Positions 49,646-59,586 of a DNA stretch of 64,000 nucleotides are shown here, piece after piece. Below the pieces are notes generated by a model. That model was not told the DNA's origin and made no database searches. It was given only the letters and a program-made list of their open reading frames with translations. Origin of the DNA: an uncultured Chloroflexia bacterium. Lineage in GTDB: Bacteria > Chloroflexota > Limnocylindria > Limnocylindrales > CSP1-4. Position 1 is the stretch's first letter; each line of letters starts with the position of its first letter. The stretch is taken from contig CAWEZH010000003.1 of NCBI GenBank assembly GCA_963813535.1, forward strand, positions 480,001-544,000, in the 5' to 3' direction. The translations under genes were made by a program, and so were the position numbers.

Positions 49646-50725
49646 CCCGGTTTGCGGGCGATGACGCTGACGAACGTCGCGAGCAGGTCGTCGATCGTCA
49701 CGCTCGGGTAGATGCGCCGGACCTCCGCCAGCGCGCGCGGTCGTCGCCTCCTGCGTCTGCTTGCGCTCGAACCAGGGCATGACCGCGACGAGCTCGAGAC
49801 CCGCGGCGTGGACGATGCCCCGGAGATCCGCGAGCGACATGCGGTTCAGGCTCTCCTCGTAGAACCGCATCGCCTGGTCGATCTCGGTCGGCCGAAGCTC
49901 CTCCAGGTAGCGGCGGAAGTCGTCGGCATCGAGGCGGGCGTGACCCCACGGGATCGCCAGCGTGCACATCGAGTGCCCGCCATTGACGCTGAAGAACGGG
50001 TTGTAGTCGTGATACGCCACGCCGCCAGGTCGGAGCAGGCGAGCCATCGCGGCGAAGGCGCCATGCGGATCCTGGACGTGCTCGAGGACCTCGAACGAGA
50101 GGATCGCGTCGAAGCTGTCGGCTGGCTGGCTGGACTGGGTGATGTCGTCCTCGATGAACTCGACGGCGCCCGGGGGAGCGTCGCCGGCGAGGCGCGCACG
50201 CTCGCGCAACGTGGCCAGCGTCCCCTGCTGGGCGTCGATGTCCGCGGCGAGGGTCGCCGCGTCGACCTCGCCGGGTCGCTGGATCACGTAGAAGCGAGCA
50301 AGGTCAGACGCGACCACCTGGGTGTCGGGACGTTTGGCGAGCTGGAACGCCATCGCTCCGTCGTAGCAGCCGACCTCGAGGATCCGCCCGCGGAGCGGCG
50401 AGCCCGTCGTCGTCTCGACGAGGAGCGCCGCCTCGCGCACGGACTTGGCTGCCTTCCGGGCCCGCCCGGCGAGCGTCGCGTCGGTCGGTGGCTGGACGTT
50501 CGCGACCGGGTCGACCATGACCCGCCAGCCGGACTTCAGGCGGTCGCGCAGCGTCGGGTCGAGCGGATGGCGGACACCGTGCTTGTCGACGAACTCGGTG
50601 CCCGGCGCGATCGCCTCTCTGGGTGTCGCGGGTTTCGGGACCGTGAGCTCCGCCTCGACGAGGGCTCGGAGTCGTCGCTGCCGCAGACCGGCGCGGATGA
50701 CCGCCTTGACGGGTCGCTTCCACAT
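49642..50725 (-). CDS. class I SAM-dependent methyltransferase (frameshift near 49735)
   Basis: LEVGCYDG, SFEVLEHV, LRPGG, GGHS. Confidence 0.8.
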
Positions 50726-52756
50726 CAGGCGCGACTCGAGACGGGGCCGGCTGCACCGATCGCTGCCGGGTCGGCGACGACAGCCGCGATCTCCCTCGCG
50801 ATCCGTCGTCCGGCGTTTCCCGGGAGGAAGTGGTCGTCGAGGAAGGCGCGGCGAGCGTCAGGCGCGGCGGGGAGAGGATCGTGGAGGGCGGCGCGCAGCT
50901 CGTCCACGCCGTGGATCGGTCGGGCGACACCGGCCGCGACATAGCCGAGCAGGTCGCGGTGGCCCTCGACGATCGCGATCAGGTTCGGCGTCCCGGCCAT
51001 GACGGCATCGGTGAGGACCGTCGAGTTGAGCCCGAGATGCGCGTCGGCCGCCCGCAGGAGCCGGAAGAGGTCGATGTCCTTGACCAGCGTGATGGCCGGC
51101 GCTTCGTACCCACCGGCCCTGGCCAGCCCGTCCAGGAGCTGGCGGTACGGGCCTTCATCGCGCTCGCCCGGGTGCTGCTTGAAGACGACGTGGACCCCGG
51201 GCAGCGGGCCTCCGAGACACGTCTCGATCATGTGGACGAGATGCGACCGGCGGACGAACGGCAGATGCAACGTGGAGACGACGAGGACGACGGCGCCGTC
51301 GGCGATGCCGAGCTCCTGTCGCGTGGCCGAGCGCTCCGCCGCCGCCATCCGCTGCGGCCGGGACGGCCGTATCCAGGTCGAGGCGGGGCGAACCAGCGGC
51401 AGTGACCTCGCCCGGCTCGTAGGCGAGGTCCTCCAGGACGCGTCGCTCGTAGTCGCCGAACACGAAGGTCCTGGTCGGCAGGATCAGCCGGGGATCGCGG
51501 TGGTCGGGATAGCCGGCATGGGTCGGGTAGAGCACCCCGTGCTGCAGGGCGAAGGTCGGCACGCCCGCACGCTCGGCGGCGAGCAGCCACGGCGTCCGGT
51601 GCCCTTCCTGGGTCATCAGGAACGCCGATGGTCGGACCTCGTCGGTCAGGCGCTCGACCCGCGCCAGTTGCACGACGTCCGGCTCGATGATCTTCTGGAG
51701 CGTGGCGCGCAGCGAAGCCAGGAACGGCAGCGTCAGGTCGAGCCCGTCGATCTCGAACGGGACATGGCCGACCGCCTCGATCCCGGCAAGCGCCGCCCCG
51801 GCAGCCGCCCGAGCGCGGTCACGGTCCTCCGGCCGAGCCCAGCGGGATTGGAGGTAGAACGCCGGGAGGAGCCGGTCGTCGAGCTCGGTGGTCGCCCAGT
51901 CCTCGTCGCGCTGCCGGCTCATGCCCAATCCGATCACGACCGGTTCCAGACCGGCGTCGGCGAGGGCCGGGATGACCGAGCCGAGATTGGGGTCGCGTCG
52001 CTCGGCGGAGGCCGACCCGCCGACCCGCTGGTAGCTGCTCGGGAGCGTCAGCACGACGACCCGCGGCTTCGGTTCCGCCAGCAACCGGGCCAGCCGCTCA
52101 TCGAGCAGCGCCGTGCGTCGGGCGGTCTCTGCGGAGCGGCGGTCCTGTTCCGTTCGACCCGGCCGCTCGGGTGGCGGCGTCTGCGCGCGGAAGGGTCGAA
52201 CGATGCGCCGAGCGATCGCGCGGGGAAGCGATCGACTCGCCTGCGCCGTTCGGGGCGACGCGGCCGCTGCCGCCGCCGGTCGCGCGGCCGTCTCACTCTC
52301 CGGCCCCTCTTCCGTCGGCGCCTCGCGAACGTCCAGCGCCCGGTCGAGCGCCCCGACCACGTCCAGCAGCGCGACCTCATCGGCCGGAGCGGTGATGGCC
52401 GCCGGCCCGAAGTCGGCATCGATCGCCGTCAGGGCGTGCCGCCACAACAGTCGCTCGTGGACCCAATGCCACATGTCCTCGCGAGCACGGAACCAGTAGG
52501 TAACGCCGTCGACCAACACGTGGTCGGCCACGCCACTGGCCTGCCCCCATCGGTCGAGTGTCGCGAGTGCCGCGGCGTAGAGATCCTCGCGCTCGACGGC
52601 CGCCGCAAAATACGGCCGGACCGACACCACGTCGGACCGTTCGCCGGCCGCCGGCGTCCATGCGGTTTCGAGGACGATCGAGACTTCACCGGGGCGGGCC
52701 GGTGGAGCGTCGGTCGCCAGTGGGACGAAGTGCAAGCGCGAGGGACGAGGGTTCAC
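50725..52756 (-). CDS. GT-B capsule/nonulosonate transferase-like protein (frameshift near 51352)
   Basis: LQHG, FG, GSPRLD, FKQHPGE, NSTVLTDA motifs typical of sialyl/Kdo/CDP-glycerol transferase-like GT-B folds. Confidence 0.65.
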
Positions 52757-52860
52757 GGCGTGTCCGGCGGGCGCTGCATGGGAGCCTGTATCGTAGCCGA
52801 CCTCTCCATCCGTCCCGGGGCGATCCCGGGAAGCGCGTCGCGACGCCGGAGGTCCCACCG

Positions 52861-54225
52861 CTGACTGACTCGCTCGCCGGCCGGATCCGCGCCCGAATCC
52901 GTTCGATCCCGGGACTGCACGGGCTGTATCGGCGGCTTCGGGGATCGGCGCCCCGCCGCACGCCAGCGGAGCGTACCGGGCCCCCGCCGCCGCTAGCGGC
53001 GCCGCCACCCAAGGTCGAGGACCGGGTGACCGAGCTCCGTCGGGTGACGCTGGTCGAGTCGCCACGGGACGAGTACCGGCTCAACCTCGTCGTGCCGACG
53101 GTCGAGGGAGCGGGCACCTTCGGCGGGATCCGCACCGCCCTCGACCTGTTCGCGGCGATCGCCCAGGGCTCGGACGAGCGCCGGGTCATCTCGGTCGGCC
53201 GTGCCGGACCCGACGCCGCGGCGTCGATCCCCGACTATGCGCCAGTCGCAGCTGGGGACGATCCTGCCGAGGTACGACACCAATACGTCCCGCTCACGCG
53301 ACCGTTCGATAGGCTCGCGGTCCGTCGGAACGACGTGTTCGTCGCGACGTACTGGACCACGGCCGAGCTGGTCACCCGCATCCGGCGCTGGCAGGGCTCC
53401 GCGTACGGTCGTGCACCGGAACGGTTCGGCTACGTCATCCAGGACTTCGAGCCCGGCTTCTACCCGTTCTCCGCGCAATGGCTGCTCGCCCGCGCGACGT
53501 ACTCGGGCACCGACGAGACCGTCGCGATGTTCAACACCTCGCTCCTGCGCGACCACTTCCACGGCGTCGGGCTCGCATTCGAGCGCGAGTTCGTGTTCGA
53601 GCCGCGGCTCCTCCCCGAGCTCCGGGCCGCGATGGCGCGGCCACCGGTCCCGCGCGAGCGGACCATCCTCGTCTACGGCCGTCCTGGCACGCCACGCAAC
53701 GCGTTCCCGGCCATCGTCGACGGACTGCGGGCCTGGCGCGCCGGCGACCCCGATGCCGACCGATGGCAGGTCGTCAGCGTCGGTCGCGACCACCCCGCGA
53801 TCGACCTCGGGGGCGGGACGACGATGCGATCGATCGGCAAGCTCGACCTCGATGCCTACGCGGCGCTCCTCCGCGAGTCCGCGATCGGCATCTCTCTGAT
53901 GGTCTCGCCCCATCCGAGCTATCCGCCGCTCGAGATGGCGCACCTCGGGATGCTCGTGCTGACCAACCGGTTCGCGGCCAAGGACCTCGCGATGTGGCAT
54001 TCGAACATCACGGCTGTCGACGACATCTCGGCCGAGGGCCTGGCAACGGCGTTGACCGACCTGTGCCGGCGCTTCGAGGCCGATCCCGACGCGGGCTCAC
54101 GCGGTCGCCCCGGCGTGGATGACTTCATCTCCGAGACGCCGCCGTTCGGGTTCGCGGCCGACGTGGCGTCCGAGCTCAGGCGGGGCGTCCCGGAGGCGGT
54201 GACGGCGTCGACGAGCTCTCGCTGA
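52861..54225 (+). CDS. WsaF-like glycosyltransferase (rhamnosyltransferase-type)
   Basis: FGGIRTA, VATYWTTA, IQDFEPGFY, YGRP..PRN, SPHPSYPPLEMA; start uncertain. Confidence 0.8.
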   Translation: MTDSLAGRIRARIRSIPGLHGLYRRLRGSAPRRTPAERTGPPPPLAAPPPKVEDRVTELRRVTLVESPRDEYRLNLVVPTVEGAGTFGGIRTALDLFAAIAQGSDERRVISVGRAGPDAAASIPDYAPVAAGDDPAEVRHQYVPLTRPFDRLAVRRNDVFVATYWTTAELVTRIRRWQGSAYGRAPERFGYVIQDFEPGFYPFSAQWLLARATYSGTDETVAMFNTSLLRDHFHGVGLAFEREFVFEPRLLPELRAAMARPPVPRERTILVYGRPGTPRNAFPAIVDGLRAWRAGDPDADRWQVVSVGRDHPAIDLGGGTTMRSIGKLDLDAYAALLRESAIGISLMVSPHPSYPPLEMAHLGMLVLTNRFAAKDLAMWHSNITAVDDISAEGLATALTDLCRRFEADPDAGSRGRPGVDDFISETPPFGFAADVASELRRGVPEAVTASTSSR

Positions 54226-56503
54226 CCCAGGCCGGCCGGGCGTCGAGCAGCGGCCGCATCGCCGCGAGGATCTCCTCCGCGCGTCGCTCGAAGGTATGTC
54301 GCGCGAGCACGGCCGCCCGGCCGCGCTCGGCGATCTCACGCCGCAGCTCGGGCGCGTCCAGGTAGCGGTCGACGGCGGAGCGGAGGTCGTCAGCGTCGCG
54401 ATAGATGGCCACGCCGCCGTCGAACTCCTCGTCCATGCCCTGGACGTCGTCCGATAGCACGAACGCACCGGACGCGAGCGCGTCGTAGATGCGGTTCGAG
54501 ATGAAGCCAGCGCCACGCATGTCCTCCCAGGTGTCGTTGAGCACGATCGACGCGGAGGCGTAGTGACCGCGCAACTCGGCGTTCGGGATGTGCGACCCGC
54601 GAAGGTAGCGCGAGTCCAGGCCATGCTCCTCCCACGCCCGACCGTAGATGGCGAGGTCGCGCTCCGTGGGCACGAGCCACTCGACGATGTGGCGATCGGG
54701 CCGGTAGTTCGCGACGAACAGCAGCTCGTGATGGGGACCGGTGGGATCGGGATAGAACCGCTCGGTGTCGGTCGCTTGATGCAGCGGCTCGACGGGGATC
54801 CGGGCCTGTCCGGCCATGCGGTCGGCGAACCGGTCGGACGCGACGAAGGCGTGGTCGTACGTGTCGTACATCTCGCCGGAGGCGAGGTCCGGGTGGCTGA
54901 TCTGCCAGAGGACGTTGACCTGCGCCGGTCTGTTGTGGGCCTGCTGGTTCCCGAACAGGTGGAGGGTGGCATCGTCCATCGCAGCGGCGGTCGACGCCCA
55001 GTCGACGATCAACCGCACGCGTGTCGGCAGACCGGCACGTTCCAGGTACCGCTGGAGGGCCCGGGCGAAGTGGAAGTCGCCCCAGAGATAGGCGTTCCGC
55101 CACTTCGACGGGCCGATCCGGATGCCGATCCGGCGAGCGGCCAGCCAATCGCGCAGCAGTCCTTGGAGCAGCTCGCCACCGCCGTCGCCGGCGAGGTCGC
55201 CGACCGCGATGCGCTTCGACGTGGCGTCGGCGACCCGGTCGCGGTCGGCTTCGGTCGCGGCGACGACGATGTCGAAGTCGTCGAGGTGCCGCGGGCTCGT
55301 CGTGGTGACCCAGGCCACCCGGATCTGGCCGCTGGGCGCCTCGCGGATATCGGCCTCGGGATCGTTCGTGACGACGACATCGGCGTGGACGGCGCCCTTG
55401 CCCGACCATGGGCCGTCCGGTCGCGCATCGACGACGAGCCAGTCGGTCGTGTCGGCCAGGGATGGGAGCCGCGTCTCGCCGAGCCGCGCGACACGTAGCC
55501 GCGGGAGCGACCAGTCGTGTGCGCCGGTCACGGCATCGCCCAGCACCTGTCGCGCGAGTCGAGGTCCCCAGCGATCGATGAAGCGGGCTCGTTCACCGGC
55601 GGTCTCCCAGGCTCCACGCAGGTCCTTCGGCGGTTTCGCGACCGGCGTATCAAGCGGTTCGTCGTACCAGCACCAGGCGAGGACGCGCCGGTCCGACGTG
55701 ACGGGCCGTCCGGTCGCCCGCAGACCGCTTCCGAGATCGACGTCGGCGAAGGGGATCGCGCCCGTGTAGGCGCCGGCACGGTCGTAGCCGGCCGGGACGC
55801 CGCCCGCCTCGATGAGGTCGGACCGACGCACCAGGATGCATGCGAGCGACACCGCGGGCACGTCGCGATACGGCTCCGACGGGTCCCAGCGGTAGCGTCG
55901 GCCCACGCCGAGGTGGCGCGGCGTGATGACCCCGTTCGAGCGTTCCAGGTCGATGCCGGCCGACAGCACCGTCAGGTCGGCCGTCTGCTGGCGGGCACGG
56001 ACGAGACCTGCGCCGCCCGGCCGGATCAGGAGCGGCGCGGCTGCGACGGACCCGGCCATGACGCGCTCGACGAGATGGCCGAGCCAGTCGCCGAGGACGG
56101 GTTCGATCGCGCCGTCGACGATGCAGATGAACTCGCCGTCGGCCGCCTCGACCGCCGCCTGGATGGCGGGCTGCCGATCCCGGTCGACCGGTGGCGCGAC
56201 CGACCGAACGGCGACCGAGGTCGCCGCTGCCAGCTCGGCCGGGGCCGGCTCCGGGTCGGCGATGACGATCACTTCGATCGGCCGGTACGTCGTCCGGTCC
56301 AGCGCCGCCAGCCGTCGCGCGAGCACCTCGGGGCGGGGTTCCACCAGCACGATCGACACGAGCGGACCCGAGCGGACGTCGGACTCCGGTACTCGTCTGC
56401 GGACCCTGCGCCGGAACAGCCGCACATCCCAGGGCATCGCACGCAGGCGTTGCCTGATCAGGCGGGCGCGCGTGAGACGCAGGGCACGACGGATGCGATT
56501 CAT
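54176..56503 (-). CDS. multidomain glycosyltransferase (GT2-like plus CgeB-like GT)
   Basis: PLVSIV GT2 start; WGDFHFA, WQISHP, LNDTWEDM..GFISNRIYD, HTFERRA. Confidence 0.82.
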   Translation of the reverse strand: MNRIRRALRLTRARLIRQRLRAMPWDVRLFRRRVRRRVPESDVRSGPLVSIVLVEPRPEVLARRLAALDRTTYRPIEVIVIADPEPAPAELAAATSVAVRSVAPPVDRDRQPAIQAAVEAADGEFICIVDGAIEPVLGDWLGHLVERVMAGSVAAAPLLIRPGGAGLVRARQQTADLTVLSAGIDLERSNGVITPRHLGVGRRYRWDPSEPYRDVPAVSLACILVRRSDLIEAGGVPAGYDRAGAYTGAIPFADVDLGSGLRATGRPVTSDRRVLAWCWYDEPLDTPVAKPPKDLRGAWETAGERARFIDRWGPRLARQVLGDAVTGAHDWSLPRLRVARLGETRLPSLADTTDWLVVDARPDGPWSGKGAVHADVVVTNDPEADIREAPSGQIRVAWVTTTSPRHLDDFDIVVAATEADRDRVADATSKRIAVGDLAGDGGGELLQGLLRDWLAARRIGIRIGPSKWRNAYLWGDFHFARALQRYLERAGLPTRVRLIVDWASTAAAMDDATLHLFGNQQAHNRPAQVNVLWQISHPDLASGEMYDTYDHAFVASDRFADRMAGQARIPVEPLHQATDTERFYPDPTGPHHELLFVANYRPDRHIVEWLVPTERDLAIYGRAWEEHGLDSRYLRGSHIPNAELRGHYASASIVLNDTWEDMRGAGFISNRIYDALASGAFVLSDDVQGMDEEFDGGVAIYRDADDLRSAVDRYLDAPELRREIAERGRAAVLARHTFERRAEEILAAMRPLLDARPAWVSESSSTPSPPPGRPA

Positions 56504-56666
56504 GGGCTCCGGAGCGTCGGTCGTGGTATCGGCCCGACGGGGTCGGTGTGACGGGACGATGGGATCGGCGCGATGGTGGGCATCCGGCCCGCGCTAGCCG
56601 GCATCGGCGCAAGGATAGCGGGCCGCGCGAGCCCCTTCCCTCGCCTGTGCTAGCGTCTCTCCGCGG

Positions 56667-58103
56667 ATGCCCCGTATCGCGTACCTGACCTATTCGAGCG
56701 CTGAGTTCGACGGCCGCACCCGCCGCATGGCACGGACCGCGCTGGCGGCCGGTTACGAGGTCGTGGTCTATGCCCGCTGGCAACCGGGCGTCCCCTTCGA
56801 GGAGGACGGCCTCGGCTACCGCGTGATCCGCGTCCCGGCCGTGCCCGACCTCGCGATCCCGTGGCGGCGGAGGCGCGGCCGGCGCCGACTCCGCGACATC
56901 ATGACGGGCGCGTACGCGGGGTCGACCGTCGCACGGCGGGACGACGACGAGGACTCATCCGAGGAGGCCGACGAGCCGACCGAGACGCGCGATCAGGAGG
57001 TCGCGATGCCCTCGCTGGCACGCCGGCTCGCGCGCCTGGTCTGGCGACCGACCCGGCGGTTGATCCGCCGGATCAGCATGGCCCGCTTCACGTACCCGAT
57101 GATGCTGTTCCCGCTCCGGCCACTCGGCTGGGCGATCCCGCTCGACGAGACGGCCGAGCCGGCCGACATCTGGCACGGCATGTGGGCAGGATCCCTGCCC
57201 GCGCTCGACCGGCTGCGGGCGAAGCATGGCGGGCGCACGGTCTACGACAGCCGCGACGTCTACATGCGGTCGCGCGGCTTCGAGCGGATGGGCGCCTTCA
57301 AGGCCCCGTTCGCGTGGCTCGAACGACGCTGGGCGCGGCGCGCGGATGCCGTCCTGACGGTGAACGATGCCTATGCCGCCCTGCTCGCCGAGCAATTTCG
57401 GATCGAGCGTCCGCCCGTCGTCAGGAACACCCCGGACCGGTACACGCCGCCATCTCCGCGGCCCGACCTCATCCGCGAGGCACTCGGCCTCAGCGCGGAG
57501 ACCCGCGTCGTCCTCTACCAGGGTGGGTTGCTGAGCGATCGCGGCATCGAGCAGGGCATGGAGGCGATCCTCGACGTCCCCGACGCCGTGCTCGCGATCA
57601 TGGGCTTCGGATCGGCACAAGCGGAGATCGAGGCATTGGCCGACTCACCTCGCTTCCGCGACCAGGTGCGGATGCTCGAACCCGTCACGCCGGACGCACT
57701 GCTCGATTGGACCGCGTCGGCGGATGTGATGTTGATGGCCATCCAGCCGACGAGCGTCAACCATACGTTCACGACTCCGCAGAAGCTGTGGGAGGCGATC
57801 GCCGCCGGCGTCCCGGTGGTGGCCACCGACCTGCCGGGCATGGCGGAGATCGTCCGCGACACGGGCTGCGGCGTGCTGGTCGACGCGACCGATCCCGCCG
57901 ACATCGCCCGCGCGATCCGGCAGATCGTGGATGCGCCTGCCGAGGCACGGGGTGCCATGCGCGAACGGACGTGGCGCGCGGGGCAGGACCGCTACAACTG
58001 GGAGCGCGAGACCGACACGCTGCTCGCTCTCTACCGCGAGCTCCTCGGTCAGCCCGCTGCAAGCGTTCCCGCACCGGCGAGCCGATCGACGAGCGCGACC
58101 TAG
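56667..58103 (+). CDS. GT4 glycosyltransferase (paralog 1)
   Basis: DGRTRR, YDSRD, YQGGL..RGIE, PQKLWEAIAAGVPVV. Confidence 0.9.
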   Translation: MPRIAYLTYSSAEFDGRTRRMARTALAAGYEVVVYARWQPGVPFEEDGLGYRVIRVPAVPDLAIPWRRRRGRRRLRDIMTGAYAGSTVARRDDDEDSSEEADEPTETRDQEVAMPSLARRLARLVWRPTRRLIRRISMARFTYPMMLFPLRPLGWAIPLDETAEPADIWHGMWAGSLPALDRLRAKHGGRTVYDSRDVYMRSRGFERMGAFKAPFAWLERRWARRADAVLTVNDAYAALLAEQFRIERPPVVRNTPDRYTPPSPRPDLIREALGLSAETRVVLYQGGLLSDRGIEQGMEAILDVPDAVLAIMGFGSAQAEIEALADSPRFRDQVRMLEPVTPDALLDWTASADVMLMAIQPTSVNHTFTTPQKLWEAIAAGVPVVATDLPGMAEIVRDTGCGVLVDATDPADIARAIRQIVDAPAEARGAMRERTWRAGQDRYNWERETDTLLALYRELLGQPAASVPAPASRSTSAT

Positions 58104-58182
58104 GCGCCCGCTCGTCGCGAGGCCGTCGTTGATGTGACGGCCCGCCGCATACGGCCGGTTCGGGGTGATACGGTCCGCCGTC

Positions 58183-59586
58183 ATGACCCGGATCGCGTAC
58201 CTCACGTATTCGACCGCCGAGTACGACGGCCGTACGCAACGGATGGCCCGGACGGCCCTCGCGGAGGGATACGAGGTGGTCGTCTACGCTCGCTGGCAGC
58301 CCGGCCTCCCGTTCGAGGAACAGGCATCCGGTTACACCATCAAGCGCGTGCCGGCGCTCCTCGAGCTGGCGATCCCGGGTCGACGAAGCCGCGGTCGCCG
58401 AAGGGTCGCCGCTGCGCGACGCCGGCACGCGGCAGAGGTCGTCGCCCGAACGGCCGAAATGGAGGCCGCGGCGGCGGGCGATCCGTCGGAGACAGCGCCC
58501 GACATGGCGGCGGGTGGCGGTGACGGTCTCGGATGGGTCCCCGACCAGATCCGAGGTACGACCGTCGCGCGCCCGCTCCGGGCATTCCGCCGGATCGTCA
58601 TCAACCCGTTCCTGCTCTTCCCGCTTCGTCCGTGCGGATGGGCCGTCGCCCTCGATGAGGTGGCGGAACACGCGGATATCTGGCATGGGATGTGGGCCGG
58701 CTCGCTGCCGGCGCTCGTTCGCCAGCAGTCCAGGCTTGGCGGTCGAACGGTCTATGACAGCCGCGACGTCTACATGCACTCGCGCGGCTTCGAGCGGATG
58801 GGCCCGTTCAAGGCCCCATTCGCCTGGCTCGAACGCCGCTGGGCACGGCGCGTGGACTCGGTCCTCACCGTGAACGACGCCTATGCCGACCTTCTGGCAC
58901 GGCGCTTCGACATCGATCGACCACCGGTCGTGCGCAACACGCCATGGCGCTACCAGCGGCCGAGTCCACCTCCGGACCTCATCCGGCAGGCATTGGGTCT
59001 CTCACCCGAGACGCGGGTCGTGCTGTACCAGGGCGGCCTCCTGAGCGACCGGGGCATCGAGCAGGGCGTCGAGGCGATCGGCGCCGTGCCCGGGACCGTG
59101 CTCGCGATCATGGGCTTCGGGTCCTCGGAGCCGGCATTGCGCGCGCTGGCCGCGTCTGTCGCCCACGGCGACCGGGTGCGGTTCCTGCCGCCGGTGCCGC
59201 CGGACCGGCTGCTCGACTGGACCGCCTCGGCCGATGCGATGCTGATGGCCATCCAACCCACGAGCATCAACCACCGCTTCACGACCCCCCAGAAGCTGTG
59301 GGAAGCGATCGCGGCCGGCGTGCCGGTCGTCGCCAGCGACCTGCCAGGCATGGCCGAGGTCGTGCGCGAGACCGACAGCGGCGCCCTCGTGGACCCGACC
59401 GATCCCGCCGACATCGCCCGCGGCATCCGGGAGATCGTCGAGGCGCCCACCGACGAGCGCGATCGGATGCGGGAACGGACGTGGCGCGCGGGGCAGGATC
59501 GGTACAACTGGGAGCAGGAGAGCCGGACGCTGCTGGGCCTGTATCGCGATCTGCTCGCCCGAGACGAGCGCCCCCCTCACCGCTAA
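58183..59586 (+). CDS. GT4 glycosyltransferase (paralog 2)
   Basis: same motifs and long identical stretches with 56667-58103. Confidence 0.9.
   Translation: MTRIAYLTYSTAEYDGRTQRMARTALAEGYEVVVYARWQPGLPFEEQASGYTIKRVPALLELAIPGRRSRGRRRVAAARRRHAAEVVARTAEMEAAAAGDPSETAPDMAAGGGDGLGWVPDQIRGTTVARPLRAFRRIVINPFLLFPLRPCGWAVALDEVAEHADIWHGMWAGSLPALVRQQSRLGGRTVYDSRDVYMHSRGFERMGPFKAPFAWLERRWARRVDSVLTVNDAYADLLARRFDIDRPPVVRNTPWRYQRPSPPPDLIRQALGLSPETRVVLYQGGLLSDRGIEQGVEAIGAVPGTVLAIMGFGSSEPALRALAASVAHGDRVRFLPPVPPDRLLDWTASADAMLMAIQPTSINHRFTTPQKLWEAIAAGVPVVASDLPGMAEVVRETDSGALVDPTDPADIARGIREIVEAPTDERDRMRERTWRAGQDRYNWEQESRTLLGLYRDLLARDERPPHR

Noticed and set aside
48866-50725. 619-aa methyltransferase-GNAT fusion
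   Set aside because: Explained by frameshifts near 49735 and 49259; restoring frames gives two genes with an ATGA overlap at 49642-49645.
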